The position numbers and the translations under genes were made by a program. DNA of 32,502 nt from a virus. Taxonomy: Duplodnaviria > Heunggongvirae > Uroviricota > Caudoviricetes. Shown here in pieces: positions 18,680 through 28,256 of this stretch; position 1 is the first letter of the stretch, and each line of letters opens with the position of its first letter. Location of the stretch: IMG/VR virus record IMGVR_UViG_2636415833_000004; one strand, given 5' to 3'. The notes under the pieces were generated by a model. The model ran no database searches. It had not been told where the DNA came from and saw nothing but the letters and a program-made list of their open reading frames with translations.

Positions 18680-20449
18680 ATGAAATATTCAGACGAATTA
18701 AGGGGAATGGCGAAAGCCCTTTATTTAAAGGGACTCACCCCGAAAGAAATCGCCGCCCAGTTAAATCTGCCATCTGCGCGGATCATTTATCACTGGGCTG
18801 ATGTGGGTGAATGGCGCGACCAGATGAAGGTCGTAAACATTGAAGACGCGATCGCGCGCCGCATTGCCCTGCTGACTGACCGGGAAAAGAAAACACCTGG
18901 AGAACTGGACGAACTGGACCGCCTGATCGGCCATCACGTCAAACTGCTGACATCCAGAAATAAGCACGCTGAAAGGATGGCGGAAATAGACGCTCGCGGA
19001 CCCGGCAACACACCGCGCGCAGCCGCCGCAGATGACTGCGACAACCCACGTCAGAAGAAGCGGCGGGCAAACGACGTCAGCCACCTGACCGCAGCGGACT
19101 TTGAACACTTTATTTCTACCCTGTTCGGCTACCAGCAGCGACTGCATGAGAACTTAAGCCAGAAGATCCGCAATATCCTTAAAAGCCGTCAGATCGGCGC
19201 GACATACTATTTTGCATTTGAAGCGTTCGAAAACGCGACGCTGACCGGCGACCCTCAAATTTTCTTATCCGCCAGTAAGCGCCAGTCTGAGGTTTTCCGG
19301 TCATACATCGTCAATATCGCTTTGCAGGAATTCGGCGTTACGCTGAAAGGCAACCCGATCAAACTGAACACCGCGCACGGCATCGCAGAACTGCATTTTC
19401 TGGCGACCAACAGCAACACCGCGCAGTCGAATTCAGGTCACGTTTATATTGATGAATATTTCTGGATACCGAAATTTAATCGCCTTAATGACGTTGCGTC
19501 AGCGATGGCGACCCATGACAGATGGCGTTTAACGTACTTTTCCACACCGTCCGCTAAAACGCATGAGGCTTACCCGTTCTGGACCGGTGAAACATGGAAA
19601 GGCGGCAATAAAAAGCGCCGGGCGGCAGTCTTCCCGACGTTTGACGAAATGCGCGACGGCGGGCGACTTTGCCCGGATAAACAATGGCGGTACGTCATCA
19701 CCCTGGAAGATGCGATCGCGGGCGGCTTCAATCTGGCCAACATTGACGACTTGCGCGATCGCTACAGTGAAACCGCTTTTGCCATGCTGTTTATGTGCCA
19801 GTTTGTGGACGACAAAAACAGCGTGTTCAGGTTTTCCGACGTGGTGCGCTGCGGTGTGGAAACCAGCAAATGGAAGGATTACCACCCCGACAGCGCGTGC
19901 CCGTATAACGGGGAAGTGTGGGGCGGGTTCGACCCGGCGCGAACCGGCGACAACGCAACGTTTGTCATTGTTGCCATTCCATCCACCCTGGCCGAAATGT
20001 TCCGCGTTCTGGAAAAGTACCACTGGCGCGGTTTGTCGTTTCAGTACATGGCGGACCAGATAGAAAAGCTGTTCAGGCAGTTCAATATGACGTTTATCGG
20101 CGTTGACGTGACCGGCATCGGCTACGGCGTGTTTGAACTGATCCAGAACTTCGCCCGCCGCCAGGCAGTGGCAATCCGCTACAACGTCGAAACAAAAACC
20201 CAGCTTGTACTGAAAATGATAGACGTCATCGAAAACCAGCGGATCGAATGGGACGCCCAGGAAAAGGACATTGCAGCGTCATTTATGAGCGTCAAAAAGG
20301 CGACCACGCAGAGCGGCGACAACCTGACGTTCATTGCAGACCGCAGCGCAGAGCACGGTCACGCCGATGTTTTCTTTGCAATCGCTCACGCGCTCTTTAA
20401 TGAGCCGTTGAACTGGAAAAATAAACGTAAATCAACATGGGCCGTATAA
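18680..20449 (+). CDS. P: terminase large (ATPase) subunit, P2 gpP-like
   Basis: 589 aa, ATG start, divergent from O as in P2; immediately followed by portal gene. Confidence 0.85.
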   Translation: MKYSDELRGMAKALYLKGLTPKEIAAQLNLPSARIIYHWADVGEWRDQMKVVNIEDAIARRIALLTDREKKTPGELDELDRLIGHHVKLLTSRNKHAERMAEIDARGPGNTPRAAAADDCDNPRQKKRRANDVSHLTAADFEHFISTLFGYQQRLHENLSQKIRNILKSRQIGATYYFAFEAFENATLTGDPQIFLSASKRQSEVFRSYIVNIALQEFGVTLKGNPIKLNTAHGIAELHFLATNSNTAQSNSGHVYIDEYFWIPKFNRLNDVASAMATHDRWRLTYFSTPSAKTHEAYPFWTGETWKGGNKKRRAAVFPTFDEMRDGGRLCPDKQWRYVITLEDAIAGGFNLANIDDLRDRYSETAFAMLFMCQFVDDKNSVFRFSDVVRCGVETSKWKDYHPDSACPYNGEVWGGFDPARTGDNATFVIVAIPSTLAEMFRVLEKYHWRGLSFQYMADQIEKLFRQFNMTFIGVDVTGIGYGVFELIQNFARRQAVAIRYNVETKTQLVLKMIDVIENQRIEWDAQEKDIAASFMSVKKATTQSGDNLTFIADRSAEHGHADVFFAIAHALFNEPLNWKNKRKSTWAV

Positions 20450-21484
20450 ATGGCAAAACGTAAAAAACAACAACCAGCCCCGGCCCTCGCGCCAGCTATT
20501 CAAAAACAGATGTCTTTTAGCGTGGAATTCGGCGACGCCGAGCGCGTGCCGTGCCTGGGTTCATATGATGGCGTAACAGATGAAGGAGACGGCTACTGGA
20601 CGCCGCCCATTGACCGGGAAGCGCTGGCAAAATTGCCCGACATCGCAACGTACCACGGCGCATGTCTGGGGGCGCGCGCGAAAATGGTCGCGGCGGGTTT
20701 TCTTCGCGGCGGCGGTCTGACGCCTGAAACCGCCCTGGCGCTGGCCGTTAACTTCGTGACGTTCGGTGACGTGGCGCTGTTAAAGATCCGCAACGGCTTC
20801 GGGCAGGTCGTGCGCCTGTACCCGCTGCCGTCTGTTTATGTGCGGCGTTCCACTGACGGCAAAACAAAATTATTGTTACGCGACGGCGAATATAAAGAAT
20901 ATGCCGCAAAAGATATTATTTTTATCCGTCAGTACGATACGTTGCAGCAGATTTACGGAAAACCGGATTATTTAGGCGGCATCCAGTCGGCGATGTTAAA
21001 TAGTGACGCGACCATGTTTCGCCGCAAATATTATCGTAATGGGGCGCATTTAGGTTATATCCTGTATGCCACCGATCCGGATTTATCACCAGAAATGGAA
21101 AAGGCCATTTCTGAAAAAATAGAACAGTCAAAAGGCGCGGGTAATTTCCGCAGTATGTTTATTAACATCCCCAACGGTAAACCAGACGGCGTTAAAATTA
21201 TCCCTGTGGGTGATGTCGCAACAAAAGATGAATATGTGAATATCAAGCGCATATCCGCACAGGACCAGTTAACCGCCCATCGCTTCCCGCCTGGCCTTGC
21301 GGGCATTATTCCGGATAACGTGGGCGGACTGGGCGACCCGTTAAAAGTCCGTGCCGTATATCAATTAGATGAAGTCTGGCCCATGCAGGCGCTAATTGAG
21401 AATGCAATCAATAGTGATTCTGAAATTACCCGCGCAATGCAGGTGTTATTCAAAAAACCGAAAGCGATAGAGGATGAAAAATAA
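20450..21484 (+). CDS. Q: portal protein, P2 gpQ-like
   Basis: 344 aa (same length as P2 gpQ); FRRKYYRNGAHLGYILYATD matches remembered P2 Q segment FRRKYYENGAHAGYIMYVTD. Confidence 0.85.
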   Translation: MAKRKKQQPAPALAPAIQKQMSFSVEFGDAERVPCLGSYDGVTDEGDGYWTPPIDREALAKLPDIATYHGACLGARAKMVAAGFLRGGGLTPETALALAVNFVTFGDVALLKIRNGFGQVVRLYPLPSVYVRRSTDGKTKLLLRDGEYKEYAAKDIIFIRQYDTLQQIYGKPDYLGGIQSAMLNSDATMFRRKYYRNGAHLGYILYATDPDLSPEMEKAISEKIEQSKGAGNFRSMFINIPNGKPDGVKIIPVGDVATKDEYVNIKRISAQDQLTAHRFPPGLAGIIPDNVGGLGDPLKVRAVYQLDEVWPMQALIENAINSDSEITRAMQVLFKKPKAIEDEK

Positions 21485-21798
21485 TGGCTAAACGGTTAAA
21501 ATATACCCCGCTCAAAAATAGATTAAGGGGAAACAAATTGCGCAGCCCGAAAATTATCTGTCCGGAATGCAACGGCAATTCAACGATCAAAAAGACCGTG
21601 CGGAAACATCCCCATCTATCAGATGTTTATTGCGCCTGTAATAACGTTGAGTGCGGTCATACTTTCGTCGTTAATATAACATTTTCTCACACATTAAGCC
21701 CCAGCGCGCTTTCATCTGACCGCGCTATCAAAACGCTGATCGATATGATGTCGCCAGAACAAAAACAAAAAACATTATACCTGTTGTTACCAAGCTAA
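21484..21798 (+). CDS. ogr: Ogr/Delta-family zinc-finger late transcription activator
   Basis: CPEC...YCACNNVECGHTF matches the Ogr C-x2-C ... C-x4-C zinc finger (YHQCQNVNCSATF in P2); ATG overlaps Q stop (TAATG); alternative TTG start at 21538 with AAGGGG upstream. Confidence 0.65.
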   Translation: MAKRLKYTPLKNRLRGNKLRSPKIICPECNGNSTIKKTVRKHPHLSDVYCACNNVECGHTFVVNITFSHTLSPSALSSDRAIKTLIDMMSPEQKQKTLYLLLPS

Positions 21799-21830
21799 AA
21801 AAAGGGCAGATTTGAACTGCCCATTATCTT
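21797..21830 (-). terminator. rho-independent terminator between convergent ogr-like and cargo genes, strongest on minus strand
   Basis: GGGCAG (21804..21809) / CTGCCC (21817..21822) stem with 7-nt loop; A7 on plus strand gives U7 on minus strand directly after the hairpin. Confidence 0.65.
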
Positions 21831-23151
21831 ATTCAGTCCCCTTTTCCATCTGCTGTGGCTTATCTGCAACTACAGAGGGTTTAGCCTTACGATCAAGGAT
21901 ATTTTTAACATAGTTTACATTATCAATCGAAGAATCAAGAAATTTAGAAAAAGCTTTAGAGTTTAACATTTCCATCCATGGTGTTGAGTGATCATCACCT
22001 TGGACAAATCTTAATGGGGCTTCCTCTAGACGGGTTAAAGCAGAATCAAACAACCGAGTAGCGAATGTTCCATCATCAAGTTGCGATGCTTCTTTTCTGT
22101 AACCCTCATATGCTTTTGCAACGGCAGACTTAAAGGCATAATCTTCTGCTAGCTTAAATCTTTGATTAATTTGCTTTGTAGACAACCACGCAAACCAAAG
22201 CGGCGCGCCGATACTAAATATGGATAGTATTAATTGCGTTGCAATCACTATTGCACTGGTATCTGGTTGCGCTAAAACATTGGATAATGCTTTTAACCTT
22301 TCATAACCAACAAACCCACCGGCAATTAATGCCGCAGATAATCCTGCTACCCATAAACGAATGCTACAGTTTAACTTATTCGCTTTGATCTCAAAAGCTC
22401 CCGCTAACCCTTTTGAAGTCGAAGCACGAATAGCTTCCTCACATTTCGAAAGATAATTTTCTGCGATCTCTTTTTTTGCATTTAACTCTTCTTTTATCTT
22501 TTCCCCTTCGTTTAGACAAACATCCATTAAGACATTCGAATGAGATGCTTCTTCTTTTGCCTTTAAAATGTACTCTTTTATTTCCGTTAATTCTGCCTTG
22601 TATTTATTTAACTCTTCCATATATACCGGTAGATTATCAGCTGCGGCATATGCATCGTTAATCAATTTAATTTTACCTTCCAGTGTTTCAATTTCTGGAG
22701 TAGCTTGTCTTACTCTTGCATCCATACTCCGTATTTTACGTGCTAATTTCTGAGGTACGGCATCCGTATCCTGGAGTCGGTCGAAGGAAATCAAAGAATC
22801 TAAAAATGAAGATATATATGTCATGGTCATTAAAAATGAAGGAATCGCTTGTACACCATTTCCATTATAAAAGCTAGGAGCAAGGTCAGAATGTACCTTT
22901 GTTACGACTTTTCTTACATAGTCGAGTTCATCTAGTTCGAAATCAGTTAATTTAAGCATCTCTAATTTTTTTGACTTCTCGATCATTCTTTCAATATAGT
23001 CAGAAAAGTCTTTTGGCAACATTACAGGATGACCGATGCCAAATGCTTCTATAAGCCATTTATTTTTATGCCCATATGATTTTTCAGACTCATCAAAATA
23101 ATCTTTTAATTTATCTAGAGCATTTATAAATTCATTTAACTCAGCGTACAT
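21829..23151 (-). CDS. hypothetical coiled-coil / two-transmembrane-helix protein; candidate accessory (defence or exclusion) gene
   Basis: 440 aa, ATG with GAGGT 5 nt upstream; visibly AT-rich; coiled-coil N-terminal half, two hydrophobic helices (aa ~265-283 and ~299-323), ~115-aa C-terminal domain; no similarity recognised to phage core proteins. Confidence 0.75.
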   Translation of the reverse strand: MYAELNEFINALDKLKDYFDESEKSYGHKNKWLIEAFGIGHPVMLPKDFSDYIERMIEKSKKLEMLKLTDFELDELDYVRKVVTKVHSDLAPSFYNGNGVQAIPSFLMTMTYISSFLDSLISFDRLQDTDAVPQKLARKIRSMDARVRQATPEIETLEGKIKLINDAYAAADNLPVYMEELNKYKAELTEIKEYILKAKEEASHSNVLMDVCLNEGEKIKEELNAKKEIAENYLSKCEEAIRASTSKGLAGAFEIKANKLNCSIRLWVAGLSAALIAGGFVGYERLKALSNVLAQPDTSAIVIATQLILSIFSIGAPLWFAWLSTKQINQRFKLAEDYAFKSAVAKAYEGYRKEASQLDDGTFATRLFDSALTRLEEAPLRFVQGDDHSTPWMEMLNSKAFSKFLDSSIDNVNYVKNILDRKAKPSVVADKPQQMEKGTE

Positions 23152-23321
23152 ATTTTACCTCAAGCCATTTTATATTTTATACTTGCAGAACAAATATAAG
23201 CCTAAATTAATAATATACCTTCCATTGCTGACAATAATAAACCATGCATCAATTCCGCTGATATTACCAAATCTGCTTGAGTAAATCGCCTATAACTTCT
23301 CTCCTAAAATAACATTAACAT
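23152..23321 (-). promoter_or_regulatory. AT-rich promoter region upstream of the cargo gene
   Basis: 170-bp AT-rich intergenic region; minus strand carries tandem TATAAAAT -10-like motifs shortly upstream of the SD. Confidence 0.35.
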
Positions 23322-25886
23322 TCATACGGTTACCACAGCCCGCCAGCGCGCCATCAGTTCCACAGTTTGTTTTTTCGCCAGCACACGCCGCCACGGCTGG
23401 AACGTGTCAATCAGGATCAGTTCGCCGGTGTTCATGTTAGCCCGGTAAACGTTGTCAATAACTGTCGCCTGTCCGCCTTGCGCCAGTGCCAGCGATTGCG
23501 CGCGGCCCAGCGGTATTTTGCGCAATTTCGCCCACTCCATGACGCGCGCGGCCAGTTCTGCCGCTGCAGCCGTGACCGGTTTTTCAGTCTCGCGAATGAC
23601 CGCCGCCGCACGTAAATAATTTTCTGCGCGCAGCTGGTCCGCGCCCGAACAGTCCGCCGTCGCTAATTGATTCGCCAGCGCTTCGAACTCGTCAGCAGCC
23701 GATTGTTTACGCTGTTTTTTGTGCGTCAGACACTCAGCGCGCAGGCGTTTGCGTTGTTCCCGTGTCAATTTGCCGATCAGAACCTGTTCGGGATCTCCCG
23801 GTGGCGGCGCACCGCTGTTTTTCTCTCCCAAAAAGTCCGCTTCACTGTTTATATTTTGTTCATCTTTTGCTGTTTTTTCATGCTCCGTACAGTTATTGAC
23901 ACGAGTCCTAGCGGGCGCAGACGCGCCCTTAAGGTCAAAAGATGAACAGCCATCACCGGGGCGCTCCGCGCTCTCCGGCGATTTTTTAACAATGCGAAAA
24001 TCCCGCAACCTGGTTATTACCGGCGGGATATTAATCAGCGGCATAAATACACCGCGGATAACCGTCAGATATTCGCCCCAGCTGTTAGGCTCCGGTTTAT
24101 CCTGATAAAACGTGCGCAACGGTAAATCCGCGCGTTTTGCCAGCGGTCCGCCCATGAGATTAACAAACCCGCCCCAATCCCCCGCGTCCGCTGCGGCGTG
24201 GATCTCGGCAAACAGCGGATTAATCTGATCAGCGGCCTGTTGATTCCCCAGCCTCCGCAGTTCGCGGTACACCGACACCGGCACACCGCCCAAAAACTGG
24301 AACTGCCTGATCCCCCACGTAGACGCCCACGCGGTCGCATGTTGCGCCGTGTCTTTCAGTGGACGTCCGCTTTCGTCGTCGCGCTCATTATCCAGCGCGT
24401 AACCGTCGATATTTTTAGAGACGTATTTGACGATATAGCCCGTAGCGGTTCCCCGCTCGGGATCAATCGGTTTGAAATCGAAACGCGGCTGTATGCCGTG
24501 TTTCGTCGTTAATTCGTCGGCGTCCTCAGCTGTTGCGTAACGCTGCATGACGTCGCGTAGCGCCTCCTGATGCTCCGGCAGAGTGAATAACAGGCCGTGC
24601 CAGTGCGGCGTTGCGTCGTGATGCGCCTCGGCTACACGTAAGCCAAAAGCGCCGATTTCCTGGCGCGCCAGCTCGGCGCGGATACGCTGCCAAATGGTAT
24701 TCAGGTATTTTTGAGACTCGCGCGGGCTAGCGCCTTGCCACTTAGGATTACGATGACCAAACGCGGTAAACGCGTGATATTTTGACGGCGCGGTAATAGT
24801 AAAAAAGCTGCCGACAAATCCCTGCTCATTGGCTACTCGCTCAAAACCGCCGATTCGCGTCATAAGCTCGGTGCGGCGTATCGCTGGATTGGACGCGCTT
24901 TTTTCTATCTGCTCCAGCAGTGAAAAACGCTCGCCTGATTCAACGTCTTCTATTTCCAGTCTTGACATGATGTCGCGATTACGCTCGCGACGCTCCCGCC
25001 ACGCATTCACGCGTTCTTTACTACAATAGGTTGACACGCTGCGGCGCACGTCGCCCAGGGAGATCCGCAAATGCTCCCGCCAGCGCACGGCGTAACGCAG
25101 TAAATTGCGGTTCCAGTAGCGCGCGTCGATCATTTTGCTGATCGCTGCCGCCAGCTCGTCGGGCAACAAGCGTTTTTTGTTTGCCCTTGCCGCCGTGACG
25201 TGAAAAACGTTAGCCAACGTTTTCAATTCAGCGTAAAACCGCCGGCCAGTTTCGATTTCGTCCAGGTGTTCACAATCTGCGGCAATTTCTGCCAGTGTGG
25301 CGTTTGCGTAAATTGCGACGTCCTGCGCCAGTAATTCAACATCCTCCGGCGAATAATCAGGCAGTGTGTCGAAACGACGGATCAGATCGGTGAGTTGTTC
25401 AAAATTGTGATAGAGCGGCTCAAGGCCAACAAACGGCGTTTCATAAACCCGCCCAGCATTGCGGGGCGGGCTTATGGAATACTGCTGCATAACGGCGGAA
25501 ATGTGGATTAATTCGCGGCTGGCGATATCTCGCAGCGCCAGCGCCGCGACGTGTCGCCCCTGCTTTTCGTGAGAACGTTCAACGCGCGCCATCATGCGGC
25601 GGCGGATGAATGTCGGATATGGCTGAAAAGTGGATTTTACACGCTGCCAGAATTCGTATTCTGCGGCGAACTCCTGCGGATCATGTTTCGGCGTCCGGTC
25701 AACGCTAATTGCTGCGCGCGGGGCGTTCCACGCGTATGGATACAGTGTAGTGTCTGCGCCGCTCCCCAGGAACGGGGGCGGCGGTGTTGGGGCGTAGCGT
25801 CCGCGCGTCAATTGATAGACGCCAGCCACAGAGCAGCGAATGGATCGATTTCGTTGTAATAGGCGGTCATAAATCCGCCTCTTCAA
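23322..25886 (-). CDS. A: replication initiation protein, P2 gpA-like (rolling-circle HUH endonuclease); true start uncertain
   Basis: YAWNAPR near N-terminus, TPHWHGLLF (HUH) and YIVKYVSKNIDGYALD (active-site Tyr) match remembered P2 A motifs; track start 25886 is TTG, an internal GTG near 25829 fits the P2 alignment. Confidence 0.85.
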   Translation of the reverse strand: MKRRIYDRLLQRNRSIRCSVAGVYQLTRGRYAPTPPPPFLGSGADTTLYPYAWNAPRAAISVDRTPKHDPQEFAAEYEFWQRVKSTFQPYPTFIRRRMMARVERSHEKQGRHVAALALRDIASRELIHISAVMQQYSISPPRNAGRVYETPFVGLEPLYHNFEQLTDLIRRFDTLPDYSPEDVELLAQDVAIYANATLAEIAADCEHLDEIETGRRFYAELKTLANVFHVTAARANKKRLLPDELAAAISKMIDARYWNRNLLRYAVRWREHLRISLGDVRRSVSTYCSKERVNAWRERRERNRDIMSRLEIEDVESGERFSLLEQIEKSASNPAIRRTELMTRIGGFERVANEQGFVGSFFTITAPSKYHAFTAFGHRNPKWQGASPRESQKYLNTIWQRIRAELARQEIGAFGLRVAEAHHDATPHWHGLLFTLPEHQEALRDVMQRYATAEDADELTTKHGIQPRFDFKPIDPERGTATGYIVKYVSKNIDGYALDNERDDESGRPLKDTAQHATAWASTWGIRQFQFLGGVPVSVYRELRRLGNQQAADQINPLFAEIHAAADAGDWGGFVNLMGGPLAKRADLPLRTFYQDKPEPNSWGEYLTVIRGVFMPLINIPPVITRLRDFRIVKKSPESAERPGDGCSSFDLKGASAPARTRVNNCTEHEKTAKDEQNINSEADFLGEKNSGAPPPGDPEQVLIGKLTREQRKRLRAECLTHKKQRKQSAADEFEALANQLATADCSGADQLRAENYLRAAAVIRETEKPVTAAAAELAARVMEWAKLRKIPLGRAQSLALAQGGQATVIDNVYRANMNTGELILIDTFQPWRRVLAKKQTVELMARWRAVVTV

Positions 25887-26271
25887 TCATGCGGTAAGCG
25901 ATCGCGTAAAATACGGGCGAATGAGGGTGCGCGGTAAAAAGCTCTTCAAGAAAGTCAGGGTAAATACTCAGTTTAAGCAGATCACCTCTTGTCAGACCCC
26001 AATTAATAAGCACATAGCTATACACAAATAACAGATCAAAACTCAGCAAAACATCGCCAGTCCCCGTCTTATAAACATCAGTAATCACCCCGGCGACACA
26101 AGCCCCTGTCGCCGTTGGCGGATTCTTTCCTGTATCGTCAAAAACAAACTCACGGATAAATAAAAAATCTTCTTTTATATAATCCCCCTCATTTAACAGC
26201 ACCGCGCGTCTTTCGCGTTTTAACACTGGCTGAAAATAATCCGGCTGAATCGCTACTATGTGAATTGTCAT
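25867..26271 (-). CDS. hypothetical early-operon protein
   Basis: 134 aa, ATG start ATGA-coupled to upstream ORF, directly upstream of A. Confidence 0.5.
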   Translation of the reverse strand: MTIHIVAIQPDYFQPVLKRERRAVLLNEGDYIKEDFLFIREFVFDDTGKNPPTATGACVAGVITDVYKTGTGDVLLSFDLLFVYSYVLINWGLTRGDLLKLSIYPDFLEELFTAHPHSPVFYAIAYRMIEEADL

Positions 26272-26465
26272 TCCGCACCCCTCAAATCAATATTGTCACC
26301 GGGTAAAACTCTAATTGCCTGATATCGCGTGGAACGCGTGATCTGTTCATTGCGGTAAAACCCGTCAATAAACACTTCGGCATCAATTAAATACTGCTCA
26401 TTCTTTTTTATTTCCCATATGTCAAATACACGGGTAATGACGGCGGGCGCACTAGTCCTGGTCAT
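26268..26465 (-). CDS. hypothetical small protein
   Basis: Track start 26561 is GTG inside the dam C-terminal region; ATG at 26465 gives 65 aa with a 14-nt overlap to dam stop. Confidence 0.35.
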   Translation of the reverse strand: MTRTSAPAVITRVFDIWEIKKNEQYLIDAEVFIDGFYRNEQITRSTRYQAIRVLPGDNIDLRGAE

Positions 26466-27468
26466 AGAATTCACTCCCCGCGCTCGCACAAAGATCGACA
26501 CTGTCACAAGCTCCGCAGCCGCCATCAGGGCAACCCCAAACCGTGCGGCGTTGGGTGTCACAACTACACGGACGGCCAGTAATCAGACGACCCCCGCAAT
26601 ATTCACAATGTGGGATATATCCGATCACTTCTTTTGCAGTCGCGCGTTTGCTGGTATTGGCACTGACTGACCGTTGAACATTAATTTCCTGAAATGTAAA
26701 CGACACGTATATTTCTCGCGCGGCGGGTGTGTCGCTGTTTGAAATAACAACTTTTGCAGCACCACGCGCACTTATTTCTAATAATTTCTGAACTAAGCGG
26801 CAGTGATCGTCCCGCGTAAATCTCTGTCCGTAATACGTGGTAAAGTCTGCGGTTTCGCTGGCGGGTAAATATGGCGGATCGCAGTAAATAACGAGATTAG
26901 GCCCGAATGTCAGCATTGATAATGTGTCATCAAAATTAAGATTGAGAAACACTGCGTTTGTATCATTCGCCTTTTCTGCAAACCGCCGGATCTCCTCTTC
27001 GGGAAAATACGGCGCTGTCTTATGTTGACCAAACGGAACATTGTATTCCAGTTTATTGTTATAGCGGCAAACGCCGTTATAACCGTGCCGATTCAAATAG
27101 AGAAACCGCGCCGACTGCATTAACGACAATCTCAGTGATAAGGGGCGGCGACCGCATTCGTGGTAACTTGTATTTAGTTCGTTAAATTCTTTGCGAATCT
27201 TTAAATAATATTCTTTTGAATTACCTTCTTTAAATAATTCCCGTGCAACGTCAATAAATAGATTAGTGCGATGCTTCACGTTTTCATACGTATTTATCAG
27301 ATCTGAATTAATATCAGCTAAAACATACTTATCATAACTTGTGTTTAAAAATACCGAACCGCCGCCAACAAATGGTTCCATCAGACAATAACCCTTTGGC
27401 AAGTGCGGCAGCAGCTCAGGCAAAGCGCGAGTTTTTCCACCTGCCCACTTCAAAAACGGTCTGATCAT
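26452..27468 (-). CDS. dam: DNA adenine methyltransferase (Dam-like, N6-adenine) with C-terminal Cys-rich extension
   Basis: N-terminal FLKWAGGKTR (AdoMet motif I) and DPPY catalytic motif; about 60 extra C-terminal residues with CEYCGG...CSCD...CPDGGCGACD. Confidence 0.8.
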   Translation of the reverse strand: MIRPFLKWAGGKTRALPELLPHLPKGYCLMEPFVGGGSVFLNTSYDKYVLADINSDLINTYENVKHRTNLFIDVARELFKEGNSKEYYLKIRKEFNELNTSYHECGRRPLSLRLSLMQSARFLYLNRHGYNGVCRYNNKLEYNVPFGQHKTAPYFPEEEIRRFAEKANDTNAVFLNLNFDDTLSMLTFGPNLVIYCDPPYLPASETADFTTYYGQRFTRDDHCRLVQKLLEISARGAAKVVISNSDTPAAREIYVSFTFQEINVQRSVSANTSKRATAKEVIGYIPHCEYCGGRLITGRPCSCDTQRRTVWGCPDGGCGACDSVDLCASAGSEFYDQD

Positions 27469-27686
27469 TTTTTATATTCCTTGTTATATCGTTCGTGAGT
27501 TAATAAAGTCCATTGCTGGCCGTCGTTTTTACTCAGTAACCGCCAACATCTGCCGATTGCAATTGACAGATAACCAGTCGCCAGCCGCCGCACTTTATCG
27601 CGGCGACCCTGTCGGAATTCATTAATTAAATTGTGTGCCTGATCAACAACGCAGGCGGGGCAATTATCATTTTTCCGGCGAATCAT
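27465..27686 (-). CDS. hypothetical small protein with CxxC motif
   Basis: 73 aa, ATG start, ATGA-coupled to dam. Confidence 0.4.
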   Translation of the reverse strand: MIRRKNDNCPACVVDQAHNLINEFRQGRRDKVRRLATGYLSIAIGRCWRLLSKNDGQQWTLLTHERYNKEYKK

Positions 27687-28254
27687 GATTCACCTTCTCC
27701 GCGCGAACGGCAGAAATGTTTTTGATATCGTCGCTTAATCTGGCAATCTGGTTAATAACGTCATTCATTGCGTGATGCGGATGTTCCAGAACCGCGCGCA
27801 TTGATGAATGACCGCATATTGTCAGCGCGATTTCTGCAACCGTTCTAACGTCGCGAGCATTCCAGAAATTCCAGGCCGGACGAATCCCTGTCAGGCGCAT
27901 TGAGTGATAAATAACTGGTAAATCAAAATCAGTGCCGCGCGCCCATATTTTTAAATTGTCTGAATCATCACAAAAACAACAAAAATCGTTCAACTTATAG
28001 AGCGACTCTGATAAAGGCAAGCCAGCATCAGATACAAGCTCATCTCTTGCGCATAAATTTTGCTTCATCCACCATTTAACAGTATCCGCACCAATTGTCG
28101 CCCCTTTGTATTGAGCATCAGCAACATTGACGGGAATATAAATAGACATCCCAATCTCGCCAGTTCGGGGATCGAAAAATGCGGCAGCAATAGAAACAAT
28201 TGCGGCAGTTGGTTTATTGTCTAATGTTTCAATGTCAATCATTATATTATTCAT
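27667..28254 (-). CDS. 3'-5' exonuclease, DnaQ-like (DEDD family)
   Basis: N-terminal MIDIETLD Exo I motif and conserved His/Asp near C-terminus (HHAMNDV). Confidence 0.65.
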   Translation of the reverse strand: MNNIMIDIETLDNKPTAAIVSIAAAFFDPRTGEIGMSIYIPVNVADAQYKGATIGADTVKWWMKQNLCARDELVSDAGLPLSESLYKLNDFCCFCDDSDNLKIWARGTDFDLPVIYHSMRLTGIRPAWNFWNARDVRTVAEIALTICGHSSMRAVLEHPHHAMNDVINQIARLSDDIKNISAVRAEKVNHDSPEK

Positions 28255-28256
28255 GA

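Noticed and set aside
21485-21560. Possible cos site downstream of portal gene (AAGGGGAAACAAATTGCGCAGCC, loosely like the P2 cos core)
   Set aside because: Only partial resemblance to the remembered P2/186 19-nt cohesive end and it overlaps the Ogr-like ORF; cos cannot be called without virion end mapping
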